From: Actinomycetota bacterium
GTDB taxonomy: Bacteria > Actinomycetota > CADDZG01 > JAHWKV01
Length of the DNA: 64,000 nt
Direction of reading: 5' to 3'
Assembly (NCBI GenBank): GCA_036258795.1
Contig: DATACZ010000026.1
Location: 12,552-76,551, forward strand
The notes under the pieces were generated by a model, which did not search any database, was not told the DNA's origin, and saw only the letters and a program-made list of their open reading frames with translations. Both the position numbers and the translations under genes were made by a program. Each line of letters begins with the position of its first letter. The stretch's first letter is position 1. Of the stretch, positions 19,577 to 30,969 are shown in pieces.

Positions 19577-20962
19577 TTGATGAATCTGGGGCCCGTGTTC
19601 AAAGCCTACGACGTGCGCGGAGTTTATCCCGACCAGCTTGACGCCCCAACCCTAACCAGGATCGGAGCGGCCTTTGCCGAGGTCTGCCAGGCTCCCAAAG
19701 TCGTGGTCGGCAGGGACATGCGCGCGTCCTCGGAAGAGCTCGCCCCCGCCTTTATGGAAGGAGTCGTCAATCGGGGAGTGGACGTAATAGACGTGGGGCT
19801 GGTCTCGACCGATGCGCTGTACTTCGCCTCAGGGCTGTTCGGAGTGCCGGGGGCTATGCTGACGGCCTCCCACAACCCTCCTAAGTACAACGGCATAAAG
19901 ATGTGCCGCGCCGGCGCCTCCCCAATCGGGCAGGACACCGGCCTGGCGGATATCCGCCGGCTGGCCGAGCAGGGCCTTCCCAAATCGGAGCGTCCAGGTT
20001 CGATCTCTCAAGAAGACATCATGGAGCGTTTCGTCGAGCACGCTCTGAAGATGGTGGACACCTCCACCTTGAGGCCGCTGAAGATCGTGGTTGACGCAGC
20101 CAACGGGATGGCGGGGAAGATGGTCCCTCCAGTCTTCGACCGTCTGCCTGTCGAGCTGGTACCGCTTTACTTTGAGCTGGACGGATCGTTTCCGAACCAT
20201 CCGGCCGACCCTATCCAGATCGAGAACCTTGCCGATCTCATCAAAGCCATTAAGTTGAACAATGCGGACCTCGGGATGGCTTTCGATGGTGATGCCGACC
20301 GGGTATTCCTGGTGGACGAGCACGGGCAACCCGCGTCCGGAAGCCTCATAACCGCATTGGTGGCTGCCCAAGTCCTGGAGGCCGAGCCGAACTCCTCAAT
20401 CGTGTATGGCCTCACCTGCTCCAGAGTGGTCCCCGAGACAATCCGCGAGATGGGAGGAACCCCTATCCGCAGCAGGGTGGGACACTCCTTCATCAAACAG
20501 GTGATGGCGGAGTCCGGCGCTGCCTTCGGAGGAGAGCATTCCGGTCATTACTACTTCCGCGAGAATTTCAGGGCGGACTCGGGCCTTATATGCAGCCTGT
20601 TCGTTCTTTCGGCCCTGTCGAAGGCCAAAAGTGCGATGAGCGAGGTACTCCAGCCCTACCGCAGGTACTGGAACTCGGGCGAGATCAACCTGACCGTCGA
20701 GGATCAGCAGGGGGCATTCGATCGGCTTGCATCCGAGTTTGGTGATGGCCAGCAGGACTGGACAGACGGGCTAACGGTCGACTTTCCCGATTGGTGGTTC
20801 AATGCCCGAGCGTCCAATACCGAGCCCCTGGTGCGCCTAAACGTGGAAGCTGAGAGCCCTGACCTGGGGAAGAGCAGGACGGAACGACTGAAAGAGATAA
20901 TTAAGGACACCGCCCCAGGGCCCGCTGCCGAGGAGCCCGGGGTGGCCAAGAGTGTGGGGTAG
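19577..20962 (+). CDS. manB: Phosphomannomutase/phosphoglucomutase
   Basis: 'TASHNPPKYNGIK' active-site serine loop. 461 aa. Confidence 0.9.
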   Translation: MMNLGPVFKAYDVRGVYPDQLDAPTLTRIGAAFAEVCQAPKVVVGRDMRASSEELAPAFMEGVVNRGVDVIDVGLVSTDALYFASGLFGVPGAMLTASHNPPKYNGIKMCRAGASPIGQDTGLADIRRLAEQGLPKSERPGSISQEDIMERFVEHALKMVDTSTLRPLKIVVDAANGMAGKMVPPVFDRLPVELVPLYFELDGSFPNHPADPIQIENLADLIKAIKLNNADLGMAFDGDADRVFLVDEHGQPASGSLITALVAAQVLEAEPNSSIVYGLTCSRVVPETIREMGGTPIRSRVGHSFIKQVMAESGAAFGGEHSGHYYFRENFRADSGLICSLFVLSALSKAKSAMSEVLQPYRRYWNSGEINLTVEDQQGAFDRLASEFGDGQQDWTDGLTVDFPDWWFNARASNTEPLVRLNVEAESPDLGKSRTERLKEIIKDTAPGPAAEEPGVAKSVG

Positions 20963-20972
20963 AGGAAAGCCA

Positions 20973-21140
20973 ATGGTGGATGAGGAGCTCATCAGCCTAC
21001 TGATATGCCCAAATTGCGGGGGGGACATCGAATATCGGGAGTCCGAGCAGGTAATTGCTTGCATTGGCGAGTGCCGGCTCCTCTACCCGGTGGTGAATGA
21101 CATCCCCCACATGTTGGTGGACGAAGCCCGGGAGCCTTGA
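20973..21140 (+). CDS. Trm112-family small zinc-ribbon protein (UPF0434)
   Basis: 'LISLLICPNCGGDIEY....ACIGECRLLYPVVNDIPHMLVDEA'. The internal ATG at 20973 is the likely start (the table ORF starts at 20952, overlapping the manB end). Confidence 0.7.
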   Translation: MVDEELISLLICPNCGGDIEYRESEQVIACIGECRLLYPVVNDIPHMLVDEAREP

Positions 21141-22288
21141 CCGCTCTCGGTTACAGCCCTGATAGCGCGAAGGGTTTGGATGGGCGCGCCGCCAGGCGAC
21201 GATTGAGAGACCTCGACAATCTCTCCACGATCGAAGAGATCGACTCTCATGGGTTCTTGCGAAGCGTCGAGGCATTTCCCGCACAGATAGAGCAGGCCTG
21301 GAGCGTCGGTAAAGAGGCTCGTTCCTTACCGGATTGGGGAGAGATTTCCTCCATTGCCGTTCTGGGGGTGGGCGGCTCTGGCATTTCCGGAAATGTGCTC
21401 AAGGCGGTCCTCGGACCGGCCTTTCCTCTGTTCGTCCACACCTGTAAGGGGTACGAGCTCCCCGGTTGGGTAGGCCCGAACACACTGGTACTGGCCGTCT
21501 CCTACTCGGGGGAAACAGAGGAAATTCTGGAGACCGTTGAGAAGGCTCAGTGGAGGAACTCTCATATAGTGACGGTCTCCTCGGGGGGAACGCTCAATCA
21601 GCTCGGAGAGCGCCTGGGTTATCCGACCTCCTTGCTGCCGGTGGGCCTTCAGCCAAGGGCAGCGCTTGGTTACCTCTCCATGGCACTCCTGGCCGTCTGC
21701 CAGAACCTGGGGTGGGCCGACTTCGAGGCCGACGTTGCAGAGACAGTCGACCTGCTCACTGATCGGGCTTCCAGTTACGCCAGGCAGAGCCCCATAGCCA
21801 CCAACCCCGCCAAGCAACTAGCCCACCGGCTCGTAGGAACGCTGCCGTTGATATACGGCTCCGAAGGTCTGGCGGAGGTGGCCGCTTACAGGTGGAAGTG
21901 TCAGCTCAACGAGTGCAGCAAGGTTGCTGCCTATCACCATCTATTTCCGGAGCTCAATCACAACGAGATATCGGCGTGGACGGAGAAGGGATACGGGAGT
22001 TGCAACCCGGCCGTAGTGGTCTTGCGCCACCCACATGAACATGCCCGGATCAGCAAACGGATCTCCGTGACCACATCCCTGATATCGGAGCAGGGAGCGG
22101 TAGTCGAGGAAGTCTGCGCCAAAGGAACGAGCAAGCTGGCCAGTCTGATGGATCTCATTTGCCTCGGGGACTTCGTCGCCACATATCTGGCGCTTTTGAG
22201 AGGGATTGATCCGGGCCAGGTGGAGATGATCGACGAGGTAAAGCGCCGGATGAGTGACGCGAGGGTCACCGGCGACATTGTTCGGTAG
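21137..22288 (+). CDS. SIS-domain bifunctional phosphoglucose/phosphomannose isomerase (archaeal-type PGI/PMI)
   Basis: 383 aa with two SIS-like halves ('AVLGVGGSGISGNV', 'LVLAVSYSGETEE'). The manB - Trm112 - PMI - ahcY arrangement is conserved in Actinobacteria. Confidence 0.7.
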   Translation: MTALGYSPDSAKGLDGRAARRRLRDLDNLSTIEEIDSHGFLRSVEAFPAQIEQAWSVGKEARSLPDWGEISSIAVLGVGGSGISGNVLKAVLGPAFPLFVHTCKGYELPGWVGPNTLVLAVSYSGETEEILETVEKAQWRNSHIVTVSSGGTLNQLGERLGYPTSLLPVGLQPRAALGYLSMALLAVCQNLGWADFEADVAETVDLLTDRASSYARQSPIATNPAKQLAHRLVGTLPLIYGSEGLAEVAAYRWKCQLNECSKVAAYHHLFPELNHNEISAWTEKGYGSCNPAVVVLRHPHEHARISKRISVTTSLISEQGAVVEEVCAKGTSKLASLMDLICLGDFVATYLALLRGIDPGQVEMIDEVKRRMSDARVTGDIVR

Positions 22289-22294
22289 GGTTGA

Positions 22295-23590
<1,296 letters not shown>

Positions 23591-23760
23591 AGAAGCCACC
23601 CGACCGAGGGAAGGAGTCCAAGCCTAGCTTTCCCGGTCTACCGAGGACCGGCCGACCGAGCGAAGCGAGGGAGTCCAAGCCTTGCCTTATCCGGTCCACC
23701 GAGCGAGCGTAAGCGAGCGAGTGTGGCCGTGGGAGCGGAGCGAGTATGGCCGTGTCATAG
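23591..23760. repeat. Tandem pair of a ~65-nt dispersed intergenic repeat (core AGTCCAAGCCTTGCCTTWTCCGG...CCGAG...GAGCGAG)
   Basis: Two adjacent imperfect copies sit immediately 3' of ahcY. Related copies occur at 29941-30007 and 63806-63880. Confidence 0.7.
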
Positions 23761-23774
23761 GCGGTACGTAACAT

Positions 23775-24458
23775 TTGCTTGTGCGCGGGCTTGCCGACCT
23801 CCTTTATCCGGAGCTCTGCCTGGGTTGCCACCACATGGTTCGTGGCGGCCTCTGCAACGGGTGTCTGGCCGCGCTGGCTCGCCTCGGTCCTCCCAACTGC
23901 ACCCGATGCGGGCGGCCCACAGCGGCCGTAGTCTCGGGATGCCGTGACTGCCGCGGCCGAAGGCTTGCCTTTGACATGGCACGTCAGGCCGTTGAATTCG
24001 GCCCGTTGGTCCGCGCGGCCATTCACAGGTTCAAGTACATGGGGATGAGCAGCCTCGGAAATGCTCTAGCCTCGCTCATCGTCGAGCTTGTCGATCCATC
24101 GGAGCGGCCAGCTGATCTGATCACCTGGGTTCCGGCCGCCGACGATCGGCTGCGGGAAACCGGGCTTGACCACGGGAAGCTCTTGGCCGAGCTGGTTGCC
24201 CGGCAACTGGGAGTGCCCGCGCAGCCTACGCTCAAAAGGGTCCGCGCGACCGAGCCACAGATGCGGCTTCCCCAGGCGGCCCGGCGTAGGAATCTGGTAG
24301 GCGCTTTCAGGGCTTCCTGGCCACCACCGCCTGACGTCATGCTGATCGATGACGTCTTCACCACGGGCGCTACCGCCGGTGAGGCCGGACGGGCGCTAAA
24401 GGCCGCCGGGGCCCAACGGGTGACGGTATTGTGCGCCGCCCGGGCCATGTCCGAATGA
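23775..24458 (+). CDS. comF: ComF-family protein (phosphoribosyltransferase domain)
   Basis: N-terminal double CxxC zinc finger ('LCLGCHHM...CNGC') and a C-terminal PRTase motif 'VMLIDDVFTTGAT'. comF-hpf-secA is conserved actinobacterial synteny. Confidence 0.8.
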   Translation: MLVRGLADLLYPELCLGCHHMVRGGLCNGCLAALARLGPPNCTRCGRPTAAVVSGCRDCRGRRLAFDMARQAVEFGPLVRAAIHRFKYMGMSSLGNALASLIVELVDPSERPADLITWVPAADDRLRETGLDHGKLLAELVARQLGVPAQPTLKRVRATEPQMRLPQAARRRNLVGAFRASWPPPPDVMLIDDVFTTGATAGEAGRALKAAGAQRVTVLCAARAMSE

Positions 24459-24788
24459 GGTGCTGCGCGGGATCTATACTCTAAGGGGCGCTCCGTCTGG
24501 GTCTGTGGTTGCGGGGTTCACACCCCAAGTCCAGGCTAGTCGCAGGCAAAAGGATCCACGTAAGGCAACCATTGGTTGTTGAGCATGGTGCGGTTTAGAG
24601 GTCAGTCCTGCCTCGGGTGACGGGAAGCTCCCGGCACTTGGGAGAAGGTTCGAAGCACGGAATTTTGGTTATTCTTCCAGCAATGGGTCCCACTGGGGTT
24701 CGGGCTGGGTAACTCAAACCGTGCGAGGCTTCAGCAGGCGGATGTGGGGCCAAAGACCAGGTCAGCCGGACGGGAGGGCCCACAAGGG

Positions 24789-25187
24789 ATGCAGATAAGG
24801 GTCCATAGCAGGGATGGCCGGGTGCCCAGCACCCTGGAGAGCTTTGCCGCCGAGAAACTTGGGCACCTTGGAAAGTTCCTTCCGACGATCGAGACGATCG
24901 AGATTGAGCTCTACGAGGAGGGCAGGCCAAAGCGCCCCAACGGGCACGTAGCTCACGTTACCGTCGCAACGACAGGCCCCGCTTTCAGATCCAAGGTCAC
25001 GTCGGGTGACTTCAGGACCTGCATCGACATCGCCGCGGACCGGCTGTACCGGCGGATCACCAAGTTCAAGGGCAAGAGGTCGAGTAAGCCTGCCCACGCC
25101 AGGAGCAGCCGCAAGCCTCCCATGGAGCTCATCCCGGAGGATCAGACGCTGCTCGGCCTGGGGGAGGAGGACACCACCACACCCTGA
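24789..25187 (+). CDS. hpf: Ribosome hibernation promoting factor (short HPF/RaiA)
   Basis: 'MQIRVHSRDGRVPSTLESFAAEKLGHLGKF...' matches HPF. The internal ATG at 24789 was chosen as start. Confidence 0.8.
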   Translation: MQIRVHSRDGRVPSTLESFAAEKLGHLGKFLPTIETIEIELYEEGRPKRPNGHVAHVTVATTGPAFRSKVTSGDFRTCIDIAADRLYRRITKFKGKRSSKPAHARSSRKPPMELIPEDQTLLGLGEEDTTTP

Positions 25188-25250
25188 GAGTGGAGCACCG
25201 GCGGCAGCAGTTGATGTAGGGATCCCGGGGCCTCTCGTCATAATGGAAGC

Positions 25251-27965
25251 ATGACTGTTCTAGACAAAGTCCTTCGCATGGGCGAAGGGCGGAAATTCAA
25301 GAAAATCGCACAGCAGGCCTCGCTGGTCGGCGCCTTCGAGCCCGAAATGAGCGCGCTCTCGGATGTAGAGCTACGGGGCAAGACGGTCGAGTTCCGCCAG
25401 CGTATTGACCGGGGAGAGACGCTCGACGAGCTCCTTCCGGAGGCCTACGCCGTGGTACGGGAAGCAGCCCAGCGGACCATTGGCCAGCGCCACTTCGACG
25501 TGCAGGTGATCGGCGCCACCGTTCTTCACAGCGGCGCGATCGCGGAGATGAAGACCGGTGAGGGAAAAACTCTCGTGTCCACCATGCCGATCTACTTGAA
25601 TGCTCTTGCCGGCAAGGGGGTTCACCTCGTAACCGCCAACTCGTACCTGGCCAAGCGAGACGCCGAGTGGATTGGCCAGATCTACCGCTTCCTGAACTTG
25701 ACCGTGGGGCTCATCCAGCCCCAGACGCCGACACAGGTCAAGCAGGCCGCCTACCGAGCCGACATAACCTACGGAACGTCGAGTGAATTTGGATTCGACT
25801 ACCTGAGGGACAATCTAGCCCTCAGGCTCGAGGACACTGTCCAACGGGGTCACCCCTTTTGCATCGTCGATGAGGTCGACTCGATCCTGATCGACGAGGC
25901 CCGGACGCCGCTGATCATCTCGGGCGCTTCCGACGAGTCCGCAAAGTGGTACCGCACCTTCGCTCGAATGATGCCTCGACTTCGGGCGGGTGAGCATTAC
26001 GAGGTGGACGAGGCGAAGCGCACCGTCGCGATCAATGAGGACGGCATTGCCAGGGTCGAGCAGCTGCTCGGGGTCGACAACCTGTACGACCAAGTTCAAA
26101 CCCATCTGGTCCACTACCTCGACTCTGCTCTCAAGGCAAAAGAGCTATACAAGAGGGACCGGGACTACATCATCGAGGACCGCAAGGTACTGATCGTAGA
26201 TCAGTTCACCGGCCGTACCATGCCCGGCAGGCGGTGGTCCGACGGCCTGCATCAGGCAGTCGAGGCCAAGGAGAACGTTCCCGTACAACAGGAGAGCGTT
26301 ACCGAGGCCACCATCACCGTTCAGAAGTACTTTCAGATGTACGAGAAGCTCTCCGGAATGACCGGAACGGCGCGCACGCAGGCGGCCGAGTTTGCCAACG
26401 TATACGGCTTGGACGTCTACGAGATTCCCACCCACAAAGAGATGATTCGAGAGGATCATCCCGACCTCGTGTATAAGACGGAGGACGCCAAGTGGAAAGC
26501 GGTAACCGAGGATCTCGTGGCTCGAAACGCCAACGGCCAGCCTTGCCTGGTTGGCACCGTCGACGTCGCCAAGTCGGAAAAGCTTGCCGGATACCTTGAC
26601 CGTCGGGGAATCCCTCATCATGTGCTGAACGCCAAGAACCATGAAAGAGAAGCCTTCATCGTTGCCCAGGCCGGTCGCGTCGGTTCGGTCGTCGTAGCCA
26701 CCAATATGGCCGGGCGAGGCGTCGACATTCTGTTGGGAGGCAATCCCGAGTACCTGGCTCGACAGGAAATGGCGGCCATGGGCTGGGACAACGATTCCTA
26801 TCTGTTGAAACAGATGTCTCCCGAGGATTCAGCAGCGTACGAGGCCGAGTACGCGCCGATCTTCGAGGAAAAGAAGATCGAGTGCGACGCAGAGCACCAC
26901 AAGGTCGTGGACCTGGGCGGACTTTACGTACTCGGGACCGAGCGTCACGAATCCAGGCGCATCGACAACCAGCTGCGGGGTCGTTCTGGACGTCAAGGGG
27001 ATCCGGGGGCCAGCCGCTTCTATCTCTCTCTTGACGACGATCTGATGCGATTCTTTGCCACGGGAATGATCAACACCGTGATGGAGAGGCTCAATGTGCC
27101 AGAGGACCTTCCCATCGAGGCGAAGATGGTGTCGAAAGCGATCGAACGCGCTCAATCGCAGGTCGAGTCTCAAAACTTCGAGATCAGAAAGAACCTGCTC
27201 AAGTACGACGAGGTTCTGAGCAAGCAGCGGGAGGAGGTCTACCGGGCGCGCAGGAAACTCCTGGAGGGCGAGGACCTTTCCGAGCGGGCCATCCAGATGT
27301 TGACCGACGTCATCAATGCCACGGTGAGCACCTTCGCAAATCCGGAGGTCCACCCGGATGAGTGGGATTGGGAAGGTCTGGAGACTGCAGTCCTTCAGAT
27401 CTATCCCTCGAAGCTCATTGGCAGCATCGACCCCGACACCACTCCCTACCAGGAACTGGTCGAGGATCTCATCGACGAGGCAACTGGGGCGTACGAGGAG
27501 AGAGAAGCAGAGATCGGCTCCGAGCGGTTCCGGGAGCTAGAGCGGGTAGTGCTCTTGTCAATCCTGAACGCACGGTGGAGGGAGCACCTTCATGAGATGG
27601 ACCTCCTGCGTGAGGGGATCGGGCTCCGGGCCTACGGCCAAAGAGATCCCCTCATCGAGTACCAAAGGGAGGCCTTCGACATGTTTGCCGGCATGATGGA
27701 CTCTTTGAAGGAAGAGTTCGTCAGGTACATGTTTCATGTCCAGGTAGTTCAAGAGCCTGAGCCTTCCGCCCCATCCCCCAATGGGAGGGCGAATCGAGCC
27801 GAATCCGAGAGCGCTCTTCAAGGCGCCCGCCGCAGGGCCGGCGCTGAGAACGCCGATGTGGCAAGGCCCGGAGAACCTGCTCGAACCGACAAGATCCCGC
27901 GTAACGCCCCATGTCCGTGTGGGTCGGGGCGGAAATACAAGAAGTGCCATGGCCTCGACGCCTGA
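25251..27965 (+). CDS. secA: Preprotein translocase ATPase SecA
   Basis: 904 aa, Walker A 'MKTGEGKT', C-terminal zinc-binding '[14 protein letters not shown]'. Confidence 0.97.
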   Translation: MTVLDKVLRMGEGRKFKKIAQQASLVGAFEPEMSALSDVELRGKTVEFRQRIDRGETLDELLPEAYAVVREAAQRTIGQRHFDVQVIGATVLHSGAIAEMKTGEGKTLVSTMPIYLNALAGKGVHLVTANSYLAKRDAEWIGQIYRFLNLTVGLIQPQTPTQVKQAAYRADITYGTSSEFGFDYLRDNLALRLEDTVQRGHPFCIVDEVDSILIDEARTPLIISGASDESAKWYRTFARMMPRLRAGEHYEVDEAKRTVAINEDGIARVEQLLGVDNLYDQVQTHLVHYLDSALKAKELYKRDRDYIIEDRKVLIVDQFTGRTMPGRRWSDGLHQAVEAKENVPVQQESVTEATITVQKYFQMYEKLSGMTGTARTQAAEFANVYGLDVYEIPTHKEMIREDHPDLVYKTEDAKWKAVTEDLVARNANGQPCLVGTVDVAKSEKLAGYLDRRGIPHHVLNAKNHEREAFIVAQAGRVGSVVVATNMAGRGVDILLGGNPEYLARQEMAAMGWDNDSYLLKQMSPEDSAAYEAEYAPIFEEKKIECDAEHHKVVDLGGLYVLGTERHESRRIDNQLRGRSGRQGDPGASRFYLSLDDDLMRFFATGMINTVMERLNVPEDLPIEAKMVSKAIERAQSQVESQNFEIRKNLLKYDEVLSKQREEVYRARRKLLEGEDLSERAIQMLTDVINATVSTFANPEVHPDEWDWEGLETAVLQIYPSKLIGSIDPDTTPYQELVEDLIDEATGAYEEREAEIGSERFRELERVVLLSILNARWREHLHEMDLLREGIGLRAYGQRDPLIEYQREAFDMFAGMMDSLKEEFVRYMFHVQVVQEPEPSAPSPNGRANRAESESALQGARRRAGAENADVARPGEPARTDKIPRNAPCPCGSGRKYKKCHGLDA

Positions 27966-29083
27966 GGTTTTCGAGGATCTCAACCCTCGCCTCAAGGAGG
28001 CGTCGGTCAAGCTCGACGATCTAAAGGAGTTTCTTTGACGTCGATGCTAAGCAGGCTCAAGCCTTAAAGCTCGAGGAGCAATCCGCCGCGCCTGACTTCT
28101 GGGCGGACCAGGCGCGCGCCACCAAAGCCATGACGGAGCTCTCTCGTCTTCAGGATGACGTGTCGTCTTATATGGCTCTCGCCACCAAGCTCGAGGAGGC
28201 GAACCTGCTTTGGCTGCTGGCTCGGGAGGAATCCGACCGAGAGTCGTATCTCGAGGCCATGGCCGTTCTCGATGATCTCGATCGGGAGCTGGAGAGGGTG
28301 GAGGTAAGAACTCTCCTAGGCAGCGAGTATGACGAAGCGGACGCCATTGCAAGCCTTCACGCCGGCGAGGGAGGGACTGAATCCTGCGACTGGGCCGCCA
28401 TGCTGTTGCGCATGTATCTGAGGTGGGCGGAGAGGCAGGGGCTGGAGGCCGAGGTTCTGGACGTACAGCCCGGCGAGGAGGCCGGCATCAAGCAGGCCAC
28501 CTTTACCCTGAAGGGCCGATTCGCCTACGGACTTTTGTCTGCGGAGCGTGGTGTTCACAGGCTGGTCAGAATCTCGCCCTACGATGCCTCCAACCGCAGG
28601 CATACGTCCTTTGCCAGCCTCGACGTCATCCCTGAGGTCGAGGACAGCGTTGACATCAGCATCGACCCTGCGGATCTAAGGGTCGATGTCTTTCGTTCGG
28701 GCGGCCCCGGGGGCCAGTCGGTGAACACCACCGATTCGGCGATTCGCATCACGCACCTGCCGACGCGGACCGTGGTCGCAGTTCAAAATGAGCGCTCCCA
28801 ACTGCAGAACAAGGCTGTGGCCATGAAGATTCTGGCCTCTCGGCTGGCGGAGCGAGCGCGGCAGGAGAAGCGGCAGGAGCTGGAAGAGCTAAGAGGTGAG
28901 CAGATGGAAATCGGGTTCGGCTCTCAGATCCGGTCCTACGTTCTGCACCCCTATCAGATGGTGAAGGATCACCGTACCGGGGTTGAGGTGCGCAACCCCG
29001 AGGCGGTTCTGGACGGCGACATCGACGTGTTCATTGCCGCCGAGCTAAGGCGCAGACGCTCCACAAAATCGTCGAAGACCTGA
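27949..29083 (+). CDS. prfB: Peptide chain release factor 2, expressed via a programmed +1 ribosomal frameshift
   Basis: Frame 0 reads '[29 protein letters not shown]' and ends at CTT TGA C (28033-28039), preceded by the SD-like AAGGAG (28024-28029). The +1 frame continues '[28 protein letters not shown]...' into the table ORF 28130..29083, which has the GGQ motif. The start overlaps the secA 3' end. Confidence 0.9.
28024..28039 (+). promoter_or_regulatory. prfB autoregulatory frameshift site (internal SD AAGGAG - ttt - CUU UGA C)
   Basis: Exact match to the canonical RF2 frameshift cassette. Confidence 0.85.
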
Positions 29084-29251
29084 ACTTGATAGGCTCGCTG
29101 GTAAGGTAGGGGAGCAACCCGGCAAGATCGTCGGATACCATGCGAGGCCGGGCATGGATGCTAAGATTTTGCAGCCTGAGCCTCGCCCGCCTGGAAAGCT
29201 CCAAGCCGTGCCGCTTGCATAATCTCGAAGGGGGTAGTTCCACACCCAGAC

Positions 29252-29941
29252 ATGATTCGCCTCGAAAATGTAAGCAAGGTATACAAGGGCTCGGTGGTGG
29301 CGCTTAGGGACATCACCACAGACATTCAGAAGGAGGAGTTCGTCTTCCTGGTGGGGCCCTCGGGTTCAGGGAAGTCGACCTTCATCCGCCTACTGCTCAA
29401 GGAAGAGGAACCCAGTGAGGGCGTTATTTACGTGGCCGGCAAGGACATCGGCCAGCTGCCCAAGTGGAGGGTTCCCTATCTGCGACGCAATATCGGCTGC
29501 GTCTTTCAGGACTTCAAGCTTCTCACCAACAAAACCGTGGGCGAGAACGTGGCGTTTGCCCTGGAGGTTATCGGCCGACCCAGACACGTTATAAACGAGC
29601 GGGTCCCGGCGATCATCGATCTTGTTGGGCTGAGTCACAAGCTGCACAGCCGGCCGGACGAGCTCTCGGGTGGCGAGCAGCAGAGGGTATGCATCGCCCG
29701 GGCCATGGTCAACAGGCCGCCAATTCTGCTGGCCGACGAGCCTACCGGGAACCTTGACCCCGCAACATCGGCCGATATCATGAGACTCCTCAACCGGCTG
29801 AACGATGCGGGCACCACTTGTGTGGTCGCCACGCACGACCACACCATTGTGGATCGTTCCCGCAAGCGAGTTATCGAGCTTGATGGCGGAAAGATAGTGC
29901 GGGACCAGGTTCGCGGCGTTTATGGAATGGGAGGGGCCTAA
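29252..29941 (+). CDS. ftsE: Cell division ABC transporter ATP-binding protein FtsE
   Basis: Walker A 'GPSGSGKST', signature 'LSGGEQQR', 229 aa. Confidence 0.95.
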   Translation: MIRLENVSKVYKGSVVALRDITTDIQKEEFVFLVGPSGSGKSTFIRLLLKEEEPSEGVIYVAGKDIGQLPKWRVPYLRRNIGCVFQDFKLLTNKTVGENVAFALEVIGRPRHVINERVPAIIDLVGLSHKLHSRPDELSGGEQQRVCIARAMVNRPPILLADEPTGNLDPATSADIMRLLNRLNDAGTTCVVATHDHTIVDRSRKRVIELDGGKIVRDQVRGVYGMGGA

Positions 29942-30007
29942 GCTGAGCGAGCGAATCCTAGCCTTGCCTTTTCCGGGCCTCCGAACGACCGAAGGGAGTG
30001 AGTGAGG
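29941..30007. repeat. Copy of the dispersed ~65-nt intergenic repeat (ftsE-ftsX spacer)
   Basis: 'GAGCGAGCGAATCCTAGCCTTGCCTTTTCCGGGCCTCCGAACGACCGAAGGGAGTGAGTGAGG'. Confidence 0.65.
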
Positions 30008-30895
30008 CCCGTGGCAGCGTTGAGGATGAACTACTTCGTCGACGAGACCGTATCCAACCTCAAGCGAAACCTCCTATTGACGCTGGCGGCGGTCTCTACG
30101 GTCTCAATCAGCCTTCTTCTTCTGGGTGTCGTCATGGTCGGAGGCGAGGTCCTCACCAAAATGGTGTCTTCCTGGGAGGGCAAGGTTGAGCTGAACGTAT
30201 TCCTGCGGGACGAGGCGACTCCCGAGCAGACCAAGGATCTCAAGGCTGCGACTGAAGGGATGCCCGAGGTCAGCAGGGTCTACTTCGAGTCCAAGGATCA
30301 GGCATTCTCCGAATACCGGCGTATGTTCAAAGACAGCCCTGCCATCACCGAGAACGTGGACCCTAACGCCCTGCCAGCCTCCTATCGAATCAAGCTCAAG
30401 GATCCCAACACGGCTCCCGCAGTGGCGGAACGGCTGAAGGGGCGCCCGGGGGTTGATGAGGTGCAGTTCGGCGGGGAAGCCATGAAGCGCCTGCTCAAGT
30501 TCACCGGGGTGGTGAGGACCATTCTCGTGATCGGAATAGTGCTCACCCTGGCCGCAGCCATCCTATTGATCGCAAACACCATTCGCCTAGGGATATACGC
30601 CCGTCGCAAGGAAATCGGCATCATGAAGCTGGTGGGTGCCACGAACTGGTTCATCAGGGTGCCTTTCATATTTGAGGGAGTGGTGCAGGCCGCCTTAGGA
30701 GCGCTCGTTGCTTCGGCCTTCATCTATGCCGGCAAGGTCTTCGGCCTTGACCGGATGCAGGAGGTGATCTTGTTCCTGCCGATGACCGTGAGCAGCGGGA
30801 GTGTAATCAAGGTTTTCCTGACGCTGCTTGCGGTTGGGGTGGTAATTGGAGCCTTTGGTTCCAGCCTGGCGCTCAGGCGCTTCCTTGAGGTTTAA
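30002..30895 (+). CDS. ftsX: Cell division permease FtsX
   Basis: 297 aa, 4 TM with a large extracellular loop. Adjacent to ftsE. Confidence 0.9.
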   Translation: MRPVAALRMNYFVDETVSNLKRNLLLTLAAVSTVSISLLLLGVVMVGGEVLTKMVSSWEGKVELNVFLRDEATPEQTKDLKAATEGMPEVSRVYFESKDQAFSEYRRMFKDSPAITENVDPNALPASYRIKLKDPNTAPAVAERLKGRPGVDEVQFGGEAMKRLLKFTGVVRTILVIGIVLTLAAAILLIANTIRLGIYARRKEIGIMKLVGATNWFIRVPFIFEGVVQAALGALVASAFIYAGKVFGLDRMQEVILFLPMTVSSGSVIKVFLTLLAVGVVIGAFGSSLALRRFLEV

Positions 30896-30969
30896 CGGGA
30901 GTCACTTTCTTCCTTCCCCAGCGAAAAATCACGGGGATCCGATCCGTTGAAGGTCGGAAAGTAGGATGA

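Noticed and set aside
24459-24788. Long (~330-nt) leader upstream of hpf as a possible riboswitch
   Set aside because: No recognisable conserved aptamer motif. Long structured 5' UTRs are common for hpf. Left unannotated.
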